DNA from: Terriglobia bacterium
GTDB taxonomy: Bacteria > Acidobacteriota > Terriglobia > 20CM-2-55-15
Assembly (NCBI GenBank): GCA_965218585.1
Contig: CBDCLE010000010.1
Location: 96,001 to 160,000, forward strand
Direction: 5' to 3'
Length of the DNA: 64,000 bases
The position numbers were made by a program, and so were the translations under genes. Positions 28,974-39,380 of this stretch are shown piece after piece (the stretch's first letter is position 1; every line of letters starts with the position of its first letter). The notes beneath the pieces are model-generated. The model searched no databases. It worked only from the letters and a program-made list of their open reading frames with translations, and had not been told where the DNA came from.

Positions 28974-31550
28974 ATGATTCGTTTCGACAGATTCACACAG
29001 AAGGCGCAAGAGGCGCTTGGGTCGGCCCAGGCGCATGCCGCCCAGCACCAGCACCCGCAGGTGCAACCCGAGCACCTGCTCTGGGCCTTGATTGAACAAA
29101 AAGACGGCGTCGTGCTTCCGGTGCTCGAAAAGCTCGGCGTCGACGTTTCTAAACTGGCTGAAGGAATGGCCGACGCGGTCGCAAAGCTGGGGCGTCTGGC
29201 CACTCCAGTCGAGGTTCAAATCTCCCCTCAGCTTGGAAAGATCCTCCAGGCGGCTGAAAGCGAAGCCGCCGCGTTCAAAGACGAGTACGTCAGTACCGAG
29301 CACCTTCTCATTGCGATGACGGCTGCCAAGGACGAAGCCGTTTCGCGGCTGCTCAATGCAAACGGCGTTACTAAAGACGCCATCCTCAAGGTCCTGGTTT
29401 CGATCCGCGGATCGCAGAAGATTACCGATCCCAATCCTGAAGAAAAGTACCAGGCGCTCGAGCGCTACTCCCACGATCTGACCGAACTCGCACGCGGGGG
29501 CAAGCTTGATCCCGTCATCGGCAGAGACGAAGAGATCCGGCGCGTCATACAGGTGCTGTCCCGCCGCACCAAGAACAATCCCGTTCTCATTGGCGAGCCC
29601 GGAGTGGGCAAGACCGCAATAGCCGAAGGGCTGGCGCAGCGGATCATAGGTGGCGACGTTCCCGAGTCCCTGAAGAACAAGCGACTCGTCTCTCTCGATC
29701 TTGGGGGAATGATCGCCGGGACGAAGTATCGCGGGGAATTTGAAGACCGCTTGAAAGCCGTCTTAGCGGAAATAGAAGAAGCGGCGGGTCAGGTGGTGTT
29801 GTTTATCGATGAATTGCACACGCTCGTAGGGGCCGGGGGCGCCGAGGGCTCGATGGATGCATCCAACATGCTCAAGCCCGCGCTGGCGCGGGGCGAACTC
29901 CGCTGCATCGGCGCGACCACGCTGAACGAATATCAGAAGTACATCGAGAAAGACAAAGCCCTGGAGCGTCGCTTTCAGAAGGTTCAGATCGGCGAGCCGA
30001 CGCCCGAGGACGCCATCTCTATTCTCCGCGGATTGAAAGAGCGCTACGAAGTGCACCATGGCGTGAAGATCAAAGACTCGGCCATCCTGGCCGCAGCTCT
30101 TCTCTCGAATCGTTACATCACCGACCGGTTTCTGCCCGACAAAGCCATCGACCTGATTGACGAGGCCGCGGCGAGTCTCCGGATGCAAATCGACTCTATG
30201 CCGGTGGATATCGATACTATCGAACGAGCTATTGTGCAGCTGGAGATCGAGCGTCAGGCATTGAGCAAAGAAGACGACGCTGCGTCTCGCGACCGACTGG
30301 TTGAATTGGAGAAAGAATTCAGTGACCTCGAGGGGCGATCCACGCTCATGAAAGCGCGCTGGCAGTCGGAGAAGGAAGACATCCAGGCGATTCGTTCACT
30401 CAAAGAAGAGCTTGAACAGGCTCGGATCGAGGAGCAGCAGGCCGAACGCGAAGGAGATCTCAGTCGGGTTGCAGAGATCCGATACGGGCGTATCCACGAT
30501 CTGGAAAAACAGATCGAAGGTGCCAACCAACGGTTAGCCGATCAGGGGCAGGACGAGCGGATGCTCAAGGAAGAAGTCGACGAGGAAGACATCGCCCGCA
30601 TCGTGGCCAAGTGGACCGGGATCCCCGTGACCAAGATGCTCGAGAGCGAGGTGCAAAAGCTCGTCACGATGGAAGAGCTGCTTGAAGAGAGAGTCGTAGG
30701 TCAACGGGAAGGCTTGTTGGCCGTAGCGAACGCCATCCGCCGGGCCCGTGCCGGGTTGCAGGATACAGACCGGCCCATCGGCGTCTTTCTTTTCCTCGGA
30801 CCTACCGGAGTGGGAAAGACTGAAACTGCCCGCGCCCTGGCCGAGTTCCTGTTTGACGACGAACGCAACATGGTTCGCGTCGATATGAGCGAGTACATGG
30901 AAAAGCATTCGGTGGCCCGTCTGATCGGTGCGCCCCCAGGCTACGTTGGTTACGAAGAGGGCGGATATCTAACCGAAAGCGTGCGGCGCCGGCCGTATTC
31001 CGTTGTCTTGCTTGACGAAATAGAAAAGGCTCATCCCGACGTCTGGAACATCCTGCTCCAGATTTTCGATGATGGCCGTCTCACTGACGGCAAGGGCCGT
31101 ACGGTTGATTTCAAGAACACCGTTCTCATCATGACGTCGAACGTTGCGGTGTCCGGTGCGGAAACAGACGTGCGGCAGACCCTGCAGTCTCATTTCAAGC
31201 CGGAGTTCCTGAATCGCATCGACGACATCGTTCGCTTCCAGTCGCTCGGGAGCGACGAGATCGTTCAGATCATCGACATACAGCTCGCCATTCTGAGAGA
31301 GCATCTGGACGAAAAGAAGATTACGTTCGAGTTAACCTCAGGTGCACGCGAAGTGATCTTCCGTGAAGGCTACGACCCCGCATTTGGTGCGCGACCGCTC
31401 AAGCGTGCCATCCAGAGGCTTGTCGCAAATCCGTTCTCGATGAAGATTCTTCAGGGTGAGATTCCCGCCGGAGTCCACGTCGTAGCGGACGGGGGAGCGG
31501 ACGGGGCTTTGGTCTTTGAGGTGGGCCCAGTCGACGTCGAGGCCGGATAG
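28974..31550 (+). CDS. clpB: ATP-dependent disaggregase ClpB
   Basis: Two AAA+ modules ([16 protein letters not shown]), coiled-coil middle domain, GAPPGYVGY. Confidence 0.97.
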   Translation: MIRFDRFTQKAQEALGSAQAHAAQHQHPQVQPEHLLWALIEQKDGVVLPVLEKLGVDVSKLAEGMADAVAKLGRLATPVEVQISPQLGKILQAAESEAAAFKDEYVSTEHLLIAMTAAKDEAVSRLLNANGVTKDAILKVLVSIRGSQKITDPNPEEKYQALERYSHDLTELARGGKLDPVIGRDEEIRRVIQVLSRRTKNNPVLIGEPGVGKTAIAEGLAQRIIGGDVPESLKNKRLVSLDLGGMIAGTKYRGEFEDRLKAVLAEIEEAAGQVVLFIDELHTLVGAGGAEGSMDASNMLKPALARGELRCIGATTLNEYQKYIEKDKALERRFQKVQIGEPTPEDAISILRGLKERYEVHHGVKIKDSAILAAALLSNRYITDRFLPDKAIDLIDEAAASLRMQIDSMPVDIDTIERAIVQLEIERQALSKEDDAASRDRLVELEKEFSDLEGRSTLMKARWQSEKEDIQAIRSLKEELEQARIEEQQAEREGDLSRVAEIRYGRIHDLEKQIEGANQRLADQGQDERMLKEEVDEEDIARIVAKWTGIPVTKMLESEVQKLVTMEELLEERVVGQREGLLAVANAIRRARAGLQDTDRPIGVFLFLGPTGVGKTETARALAEFLFDDERNMVRVDMSEYMEKHSVARLIGAPPGYVGYEEGGYLTESVRRRPYSVVLLDEIEKAHPDVWNILLQIFDDGRLTDGKGRTVDFKNTVLIMTSNVAVSGAETDVRQTLQSHFKPEFLNRIDDIVRFQSLGSDEIVQIIDIQLAILREHLDEKKITFELTSGAREVIFREGYDPAFGARPLKRAIQRLVANPFSMKILQGEIPAGVHVVADGGADGALVFEVGPVDVEAG

Positions 31551-31575
31551 CCGGCCCCGACATTCCAACTTCTAG

Positions 31576-32451
31576 CTAGTCGTCGTTTGAACCGATCCGC
31601 GGAGCGTTCCGGGTGTCGTCCAGGTATTTTTCCTCGTACGCGTAATACACTTCCCTCCGAGTGGAGTCGGCATCGCACTCCCAGTGGCCGTCCATTACCT
31701 CATCCGTCCGAATCCAGTAGTGATGGAAGGTGTAGGGCGCGGTCAGGAACTGCGGGTCTTCCACGGTGATCTCGATATCCACTCTGTTCGGGTTGGTGAA
31801 GGTGTAGTACTCGGTGACTTTCTTCTCGACCGATGTCGCGATGTGTCCGTGGTCGTCAAACCCGCTCGGATCGAACGTGAAATTCGCCGTGTGGATCACG
31901 AGCCCGTCATCCACAAAACGGCCAATCGCGTGTCCCTGGTAGAACTGCTCGCCTTCAGGTGGATGCGGCCGCCCGTCGATCCAGACCTTCCGTTCGACGC
32001 CGCCCATTTCGTAGTAAATGAAAATATGGTCCCGTTTCAGCGAGGTCTGGAACTTCAGGACGTCTCCCAGCAGAGTTGGAATCGTGTTTGCCCCGCAGGA
32101 ATACAGCGGTGACTGGATCTCGTCGAAGTATTCAATCCAGGCCAATGCCCTTTCGCTCAACGGCATTTCATCGACGATGATGGCGCAGTTGTTTCTGGGG
32201 ATACCGTTCTGATCCACCAGGAAGCCGCAGTCTCCTCTGGAATACGACTGTCCATCCCGCGTCCAGTTTCCGATGAAGCTATAGGCTTCGGGGGGAAGGG
32301 GGCCTATGGGTCGTGAGAAGATTTCTTCAACGTTAACGCTGCTTTGCGCGGGAAGGTCCGCCACGCCGATTATCATGATGAGCGCCACCGAGGCGCCTAG
32401 GATCCACGCGATACGTGCTCCCTGATTCACTTTCCTACCCATCGATGACAT
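31576..32451 (-). CDS. Secreted hypothetical protein (DUF6152-partner type)
   Basis: Signal/TM segment; DGRPHP...GHAIGRF...EDP..LT.P...EC pattern shared with 33754-34521. Confidence 0.7.
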   Translation of the reverse strand: MSSMGRKVNQGARIAWILGASVALIMIIGVADLPAQSSVNVEEIFSRPIGPLPPEAYSFIGNWTRDGQSYSRGDCGFLVDQNGIPRNNCAIIVDEMPLSERALAWIEYFDEIQSPLYSCGANTIPTLLGDVLKFQTSLKRDHIFIYYEMGGVERKVWIDGRPHPPEGEQFYQGHAIGRFVDDGLVIHTANFTFDPSGFDDHGHIATSVEKKVTEYYTFTNPNRVDIEITVEDPQFLTAPYTFHHYWIRTDEVMDGHWECDADSTRREVYYAYEEKYLDDTRNAPRIGSNDD

Positions 32452-32565
32452 GACTAAACTCCTGTTGTCGAAAATTTCTTGGGATGAACGAGCAACGGCG
32501 CTCGGAAACATCGAGCGCCGCCGGCTGGCATGCAATTACTTCAATTTAACCGCAAGCTGTACGAG

Positions 32566-32970
32566 TTATCCCTGGGGGATACCGCCACCGCCACCAAACC
32601 AGACTTCGGAACCGTCAGAGCGCGTGATTTTTCCGGCAACCAATGCGGGAGAGTTTGCCCGCCGTGCGGGGCTGCCCTCGACCGTCACGGTCATGCCGAT
32701 CGGCAACGTGTCCGGGGTCCAACCTGCACGGAGTATGGCACTGCCCGTTCCCCTCGAGGTGATGTACCAGTCAGTCGCGACGCCGTTGTCATCGGTTACC
32801 GTGACCACCAACTCGCAGTGAGGGTTGACCAGCCTCAGCGACTTGACCACGCCTGTGATGTCAGCAGTCTGTTCCAGGTCCCAGAAGTTGGTGAACGAGT
32901 GATGTGCCAGAGCCGGAATGGTTGCTACCAGGAGCCCAATGGCCAGGGCGGCCATGATCGGACGTTTCAT
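32566..32970 (-). CDS. DUF6152-type secreted protein
   Basis: Signal peptide ending ALA-HHS; NPH; GW...L..G..VTVEG. Confidence 0.75.
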   Translation of the reverse strand: MKRPIMAALAIGLLVATIPALAHHSFTNFWDLEQTADITGVVKSLRLVNPHCELVVTVTDDNGVATDWYITSRGTGSAILRAGWTPDTLPIGMTVTVEGSPARRANSPALVAGKITRSDGSEVWFGGGGGIPQG

Positions 32971-33326
32971 TTCAAATTCCTCCTGCTGTTTCTGTACTCT
33001 CTCAGCTATGACTGCCGCGTTTCATGAGGACTCGTGCTTGGCGGCTGTTTTTTGGGCGGAAGTTACGCCGTGTCCCCTACCCGTGTGCACGAAATAGCGA
33101 TTCCAGCGTGTACGGGCCGCCTGATTATGACTTCTGGGCGCATGTTAGTTCTGACGTAACTGATTTGTCAAGAAGCGTTTGACACTTCACTTCGGCCTCT
33201 GGGAATCCCTTCTCGGAACTTCGTTTGACTTTGATTTCGAGTGTACTACCATGAGCGTCACTGTCCACGGCGTATGTACTTGTATCTTAGAAGATGAAGT
33301 CGATATTGAGCGAGGAGGTCCTTCCG

Positions 33327-33719
33327 ATGAGAGTCCGTATCGTGTTGTTGACCGTTCTTATCCTGGTAGTGGTCTTTCCACCGTCGACCCTCTCACATCA
33401 TTCCCGCGCCGCTGAGTTTGACGAGCGACTGCCGGTGTCCTTCGAAGGAGTTGTGGCCAGTGTAGACTGGCGGAATCCCCACATCTGGATTTTTGTAGAT
33501 GAGACTCAGTCCGACGATGAGGTGGTCCACTGGGAAGCCGAAGCTGGTAGCAACCCGATCGGCATGGCAAGAAATGGCTGGAAGAGGGATACGTTGAAGC
33601 CAGGGGATGAAGTCAGGGTCGAAGGCATTCGTGCTTACTGCTGCGAGAATGTCATGAGTATAGGGACGATACGCCGGGCCAACGGGGAGCAACTCTTTGC
33701 CGGTCGTGCCCCGCAATAG
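33327..33719 (+). CDS. DUF6152-type secreted protein
   Basis: HHS..AEFD, WRNPH and GWKRDTLKPGDEV motifs. Confidence 0.8.
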   Translation: MRVRIVLLTVLILVVVFPPSTLSHHSRAAEFDERLPVSFEGVVASVDWRNPHIWIFVDETQSDDEVVHWEAEAGSNPIGMARNGWKRDTLKPGDEVRVEGIRAYCCENVMSIGTIRRANGEQLFAGRAPQ

Positions 33720-33753
33720 GAAACCAGGTTAGAAATCGGGAGGAGGGTTCGAA

Positions 33754-34521
33754 GTGAACACTAGTGAGTCCACCGTTATCGCGATGGTACTGATCGGTGC
33801 CGTCCTGGTCTTCGGGCCGGGAGCCGTCAGGGGGCAGAATGCGAAACTTCCGCTACCTCCCGTGGCCGATGGCCCGGAAGGAATGCCGAACCTCAACGGC
33901 GTCTGGCAGGGGACGGGCATTCTCGGAGAGGAGTCGGTCCGGCGGGCCCTTGGAGGGAACCTTCCGCCCTTTACGGCCCTCGCTCAGGAGCGATGAGACA
34001 ATCGTGATCTGGCGCTTGATCCCACGGGTTACTGCCAGCCAAGCGGCCCGGGCCGTATCTTCCACTCGCCGATGTGGTACCAGATCATTCAGAACGAGGG
34101 GCAGGTCACTTTCCTGTTTGAGATCTATCACCAGTTTCATCGGGTGTACACCGACGGGCGCCCTCATCCGGAGCCGCTCGACGTCACCTGGTGGGGCAGT
34201 TCGATCGGCCGGTACGAGGGAAACAAGCTCATCGTGGAAACCATCGGGATCGACGATCGAAGCTGGTTGTTTACTGCAGGGGTTCAGCACAGCGACCAGT
34301 TGCGCTTGATCTGGGAATTCGAAAAAACGGGTTCCGATACCATTCAGTTGACGGAGACTTTCGAAGACCCCGTCTTTTTCACCGAGCCGTTTTCAGTTTC
34401 CTACGATCTGCGGCGAGCCGAGTACGATCTGATGGAGATGATTTGTGCAGACAACAACAGGGATGCGAGCTACTTTGTAAACGACACGGGAGACGTGACG
34501 CATAACCCCAATTTGCAATGA
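33754..34521 (+). pseudogene. DUF6152-partner secreted protein with in-frame TGA at 33994-33996
   Basis: ORFs 33754-33996 and 34072-34521 share a frame: PNLNGVW...QER*DNRDLALDPTGYCQPSG...DGRPHP...EMICADNN. Confidence 0.85.
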
Positions 34522-34745
34522 GACCGATCAGTCTTCTTGATTGAACACCCGAACAGAACCTATGGCGCTGGTGACGATGCGCCGTCCGTTCTTTCTTTCT
34601 TGTATAATGCGCACCTCCACCCACCTTCAGGAGACGCGAGTGGCCCTCGCACCACGAATACGTCGGGGCGTTTACGAATCGCAGCCGACGAGTGCGTCAC
34701 CAGCCCTTCCCCGCCCACGCGATACCAGAGCCAAGGAGTTAACCA

Positions 34746-35930
34746 ATGATTGCATCCAGAAAGCTTTCCACAAGTTTGATGATGATGGTCCTTCTCGTGA
34801 TTCTCACATCCTGCACGGGACCGACCGCGAGCGAAGCGCCCGACGTCGTCGCCGACATCGGGCCCATGTTCGTGCCGGATACCACCTGGCCCGCGCTGCC
34901 TGCGGACTGGGAGTGGGGGCAGGTGATCGGGATCAACCGAGACGCGCGTAACCACATTTGGTCGTCGACGCTGGAAACCGGCCTGCTCACCGAGTGGGAC
35001 GAAGAGGGTAACTTCGTACAGTCCTGGGATGCGGGTGGTCCAGACGGCGAGTGGCGTTCAAACCACGGCCTCTTTGTCGACCACAACGACTACGTCTGGA
35101 CCACTGCGCGCAACTACGGAATGCTCAACAAGTTCACCCGTGACGGAGAGCACCTCCTCTCCATCGGAAGGTTTGACGAGACGGGCGGCAGCAACGACAC
35201 GGAATTGCTCGGGGGGCCTGCCGACATGTGGGTGGATGAGGAAACGAATGAAGTCTTCCTGGCAGACGGCTACGACAACCGACGCGTCATAGTGTTCGAC
35301 GGGGAAACGGGCGAGTATCTACGGCACTGGGGCGCTTATGGGGAAGCGCCCGTAGATCCTCCGCCGGTAGAGGACGGCGTCGAAGAAGTTGCCGAGGAAG
35401 AGGCGGCGCCTGAGACTGTGCCCGAGGCTCCGTCGAGCCAGTTCCAGACCGTCCACGCAATCAGCGGTTCTCGTGATGGACTGATCTATGTCGGTGACCG
35501 GGACAATAACCGCATCCAGGTATTTAGTCGAAACGGGGAGTTCATCATGGAGCGCATTCTGCGGCCGGAGTGCGGAGTGCAGGAACAGGCAGCATGGGTG
35601 CCCGAGCGGACCTGTGGAAGCGATGCTGTGATTGCGATCGCCCTGTCGCCTGACCAAGCGCAGGAATACCTGTACGCGGCCGATGCCGGTCAACACACCA
35701 TCGTCGTTCTCCGACGATCGGACATGGAGATCCTCGACGAATTCGGCGGTCTCGGTGTCGGGCCGGATCAGTTGGGGTTGCCTCACAACATTACGGTGGA
35801 TCAGCAGGGCAACATCTACGTATCCCAGGCAGCGGGTCCGGAAATTCCGGATCCGTCGGGAGAGGGTACGGTTCGGGCCGGGTTCCGCGCCCAGAAGTTC
35901 GCCTTCACCGGGAACGGACCGCAGCCCTAG
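34746..35930 (+). CDS. NHL-repeat beta-propeller lipoprotein (PAL-like)
   Basis: Lipobox LTSC; ADGYDNRRVIVFD, YVGDRDNNRIQVF and PHNITVD motifs. Confidence 0.85.
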   Translation: MIASRKLSTSLMMMVLLVILTSCTGPTASEAPDVVADIGPMFVPDTTWPALPADWEWGQVIGINRDARNHIWSSTLETGLLTEWDEEGNFVQSWDAGGPDGEWRSNHGLFVDHNDYVWTTARNYGMLNKFTRDGEHLLSIGRFDETGGSNDTELLGGPADMWVDEETNEVFLADGYDNRRVIVFDGETGEYLRHWGAYGEAPVDPPPVEDGVEEVAEEEAAPETVPEAPSSQFQTVHAISGSRDGLIYVGDRDNNRIQVFSRNGEFIMERILRPECGVQEQAAWVPERTCGSDAVIAIALSPDQAQEYLYAADAGQHTIVVLRRSDMEILDEFGGLGVGPDQLGLPHNITVDQQGNIYVSQAAGPEIPDPSGEGTVRAGFRAQKFAFTGNGPQP

Positions 35931-36302
35931 CCCGCATATTTCACCGATAGGACCAGAAAAGGCCGCCCTGTCTGGCATAAAGCGTTTTGAAATAAACGCT
36001 TAACAAGCCAAACGGAGACGGCCCTTATGAGAACAGAGTGTAACCAAACGACGTTCGAATTTCACGGACTTCTTCAACGAAAAGTGAAGGCGCGTTTTGA
36101 CGGCGGAAAGATCACCTCCGACGCTGGGGTTCTGCTGTTGAGGGAAGTGGAAAAGCGAACGGGTCTGATCGCCGGACTGGCCGAGTGTTTCAGGGATTAC
36201 CGGGACGCGAGGTTGATCGAACACACGGTGAGCGAGTTATTGGGGCAGCGCGTCTACGGACTCTGTCTGGGCTACGAGGATCTGAACGATCATGACCAAC
36301 TG
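35931..36302 (+). mobile_element. IS1380-family 5' fragment, truncated by IS256
   Basis: End cccgcatatttca; ORF from 36027 with FDGGKITSDAG...GYEDLNDHDQL. Confidence 0.9.
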
Positions 36303-36337
36303 GGCTCTTGTCAAGAAAGTTGTGTTTGAGGAGGGGA

Positions 36338-37579
36338 TCATAAGTCCTCCTCAAAGCGGGATTGGAACATGGCGTTGAGCTGATGAAGAGCGGAATGGAT
36401 GGAAGTGGCCGGAGATTTCCAACGGCCGTTGTGGAGGTGAGAGACGGCCAAGCCGAGTTTGAACTTGAGGGTGTCTTCGGAGTGAAAGTAGCCGCCCGAA
36501 TTGCGGCGCATAATTTCCAGTTGTCCGTTGACGGCCTCGACGAGGTTGGTGGTGGAAAACGATTTGCGCATGAGGTCGGGATACTTGAGGAAGGCGAGAT
36601 AGTGAGTCCGTTTCTTGCGGAGCCCCGCGATCCAGGAGGGATAGTGCTGGGCGAAGCGGTCACAGAGTTCCTCGAACCCTTGGTTGCCGACATCCTCACA
36701 CCAGGAGGACTTGATGGCACGGAAGCGTTGCTGAAACTCGGCGGCGTCGGATTTGGAGAGATGGCTCTTAGCATTGCGCTGCATGTGGACGGTACAGAGC
36801 TGGATATCAGCATTGGGAAAGAAGCCTTCGCTGACCTTGAGAAGGCCGGAGAAATCGTCCTGGACGAAGATCATGACGCGTCGGAGACCGCGCTCGATCA
36901 GAGAGCGGAGAACCCCCTTCCAGTCTTCGAGATTCTCGCGGCCGGGTTTGGCAATGCAGGCCAGGACACGCTTCTTGCCGTCGCGGCCTAGACCCACCAC
37001 CAGGTAGATACAGGCCGGACGCAGCCGGTCGCCGTCGCGGAGTTCGACGTACTTGCCATCCACGAATAGGGCCAGCAGATCCGTGTCCAGTGGCCGGCTG
37101 TTGCCAAGATCGAGTTCTTCGATCAGGCCCGACGCCACCCGTTCCAGATCCTGTTGGGACCCGGACAGGCCCATCTTCTGAAGCGCCTCCCGGGCCGCAT
37201 TGACCGAACGGGATGAGGCCAGCAGTCCCAGCAAGATGGACTCGACTTCTTCAGGGTAGCCGCGCTGATACGGGGATGGTAGGTTCGCGGGACGGAAATC
37301 CCCGTTACGGGTTCGAGGGACACGGATATCGATCGGAACGCTGCCCACTTGGAGGGAGCGATCGTAAAAACCATTGGGACGGTCGTCGGGGCGGTGTTCA
37401 AGATGCAGGTCCCGTTCGGCCACACTGAGGCCCGACAACAGGGTCCCCAGTACCTCGCGCAGGCTCAGATCGGCCAGCCCGGAGGCCAGCAGGGTCTGGA
37501 TCTGTGTTTTTGTGGATTCAGAAATCTGTTCTGATGGTACGCTTTCATTCGGATCTGTAGACATTGGGTTCAACTCCAT
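36338..37579 (-). CDS. IS256-family transposase
   Basis: NGFY.R, VPRTRNG.FRP, FVDG, QLCTVHMQRN and STTNLVEAVN motifs. Confidence 0.92.
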   Translation of the reverse strand: MELNPMSTDPNESVPSEQISESTKTQIQTLLASGLADLSLREVLGTLLSGLSVAERDLHLEHRPDDRPNGFYDRSLQVGSVPIDIRVPRTRNGDFRPANLPSPYQRGYPEEVESILLGLLASSRSVNAAREALQKMGLSGSQQDLERVASGLIEELDLGNSRPLDTDLLALFVDGKYVELRDGDRLRPACIYLVVGLGRDGKKRVLACIAKPGRENLEDWKGVLRSLIERGLRRVMIFVQDDFSGLLKVSEGFFPNADIQLCTVHMQRNAKSHLSKSDAAEFQQRFRAIKSSWCEDVGNQGFEELCDRFAQHYPSWIAGLRKKRTHYLAFLKYPDLMRKSFSTTNLVEAVNGQLEIMRRNSGGYFHSEDTLKFKLGLAVSHLHNGRWKSPATSIHSALHQLNAMFQSRFEEDL

Positions 37580-37653
37580 AACTGAATAACTGATGACTCA
37601 GGTCTAGGGCTCCAGCGTGAACTGGAGCCCGCTTCAATTTCAGCGGGCGACGG

Positions 37654-37774
37654 GGGCTGTGGAAACTGCCGGGCCTATGGAAATCGGGGGAATCGGTCGC
37701 CTTCGGCGGCTTCTTCTTGATGATTTCCACAGGCCCTTGGAACACCTCCGGCGTCCGCACAGTTCCCACAGCCC
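37654..37774 (+). other. Nested-hairpin IS-end motif, copy E2
   Basis: gggcTGTGGAAAC..TATGGAAAT..ATTTCCACA..TTGGAACA..CGCACA GTTCCCACAgccc. Confidence 0.75.
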
Positions 37775-37838
37775 GGACGACGAATCTATCATTCTCTCTC
37801 AACTGGAAATCACGAAACACAACTTTTACGTTACTCCC

Positions 37839-39124
37839 AGCCTGATCCCGCGGCGCGCGGGGGAGCGAGTGAAGACGGATCGGCGCGACGCGGTGAAGCT
37901 GGCGCGGCTGCATCGGTCGGGGGAGCTGACGGCGGTGTGGGTGCCCGACGAGGAGCAGGAGGCGATGCGCGACCTGACGCGGGCGCGCGAGGACATGAAG
38001 GCGATCGAGGCCAAGGCTCGGCAGCGACTGGGGGCGTTTCTGCTGCGTCATGATCGAGTGTATCGGGAAGGCAAGAGCCGGTGGACGCAACGGCACTTTC
38101 GGTGGCTGGAGGAGCAGCGGTTCGAGCATCCGGTACAGCAGGTGGTGTTTCAGGAATACGTCGATACGGTGATGGAGGCGCGCCGCCGCGTGGCGGGCCT
38201 GGAAGGGCAGATGCGCGAGGTGTTGGAGCAGTGGTCGCTGCGTCCGATGGTCGAGGCGCTGATCGCGTTGCGCGGGGTGGATGTGGTCACGGCCATGACG
38301 GTGCTGGCCGAACTCGGGGACCTGACGCGTTTTGACTCGCCGCGCGAGTTGATGAGCTTTCTGGGGCTGGTGCCGAGCGAGCACTCCTCGGGGCCGCGGC
38401 GGCGCCAAGGAGCCATCACGAAAACAGGCAATGGACACGTGCGCCGCGTGCTGGTTGAATCGGCCTGGAGCTACCGGTTCCCTGCGCGCAAAACCAGGCA
38501 CTTGAGATGCAAGGCGAGTGCGGCGCCGCCAGCAGTGCAGGCCATCGCCTGGGCAGCCCAGAAGCGGCTGTGTGCGCGGTACCGGCATCTGTATAGCGCG
38601 GGCAAGGCGAAGTGCGTGGTCACCACCGCGGTGGCCCGCGAGCTGGTGGGGTTCATCTGGGCGATTGCTTGCGAGGTGATGGGCCGAGCCCATGCAACGC
38701 GGGCGCGGAGCTGAGAGATGGGCCGGAGTTCTCCACACCTTGCCACTGCTCCGCCGTGTATTCGAAGCACGCGGTGCCATGGACAAGGTGTGGAGAACTC
38801 CTCCGACGCCTCCCCGGGCGCAATGCCATCATGCGCTTCCGGAGCAAGGCTGGACCCAAAAAACGTAATGTGTTGGATTCAGGGCGTGGCAGGCCGGTGA
38901 GGAGAATCCTCGTGCACGCTATGAGAGGCTTGGCTCAGCCAGACCGACCCACGTCCTTAGACCGAGGCAGCTCCGCGACGAAGTGATGTCAGGTGGTAGC
39001 CAACCCACGAATATCAGAGTGATCCACCGTCGCGAATCATGCCGGCCGCGCCCTGAATCCAGCACATTGAAGGAGGCGCATTCGAGAAACGTAACGGAAG
39101 CTTGACAGGGTCAATCCATATCAG
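37839..39124 (+). mobile_element. IS110/IS1111-type element, 5'-truncated copy
   Basis: Nearly identical to 51285-52570; N-terminal DEDD region replaced by the IS256 end. Confidence 0.92.
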
Positions 39125-39380
39125 CGTACGATTTTTTCCGTTTCGTGAGGTGACCCCTACAAACGCCGCACGTCGGACGAGGAGACCGTCTTTCGGTCCA
39201 GCGTCAGGTTCAGCCACGCCAGCGCGGGAGTACTCGTCAACGATGAGGCGGTCAAAGAGGCCAGGGCTTTCGGAAGTCTCCAGGGCTGAGAAGACCGAAT
39301 GCCCGTTCAGCAGTAGATCAGCCCGCAACGCAGCGCGTCCAGCAAAGAGAACGCCGCCGGGCAGGGATGTGCATGGCGGG

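Larger units (their letters stand above)
36303..37838 (-). mobile_element. IS256-family element B
   Basis: Imperfect IRs ..tgtcaagaaagttgtgttt / aaacacaacttttacgttactccc; both flanks are other truncated IS. Confidence 0.85.

Noticed and set aside
33994-33996. In-frame TGA as selenocysteine or recoding
   Set aside because: The context QER*DNRD fits a TGG to TGA nonsense change. It is not at a conserved Cys position, I see no convincing SECIS, and TGA is a normal stop elsewhere in the window.
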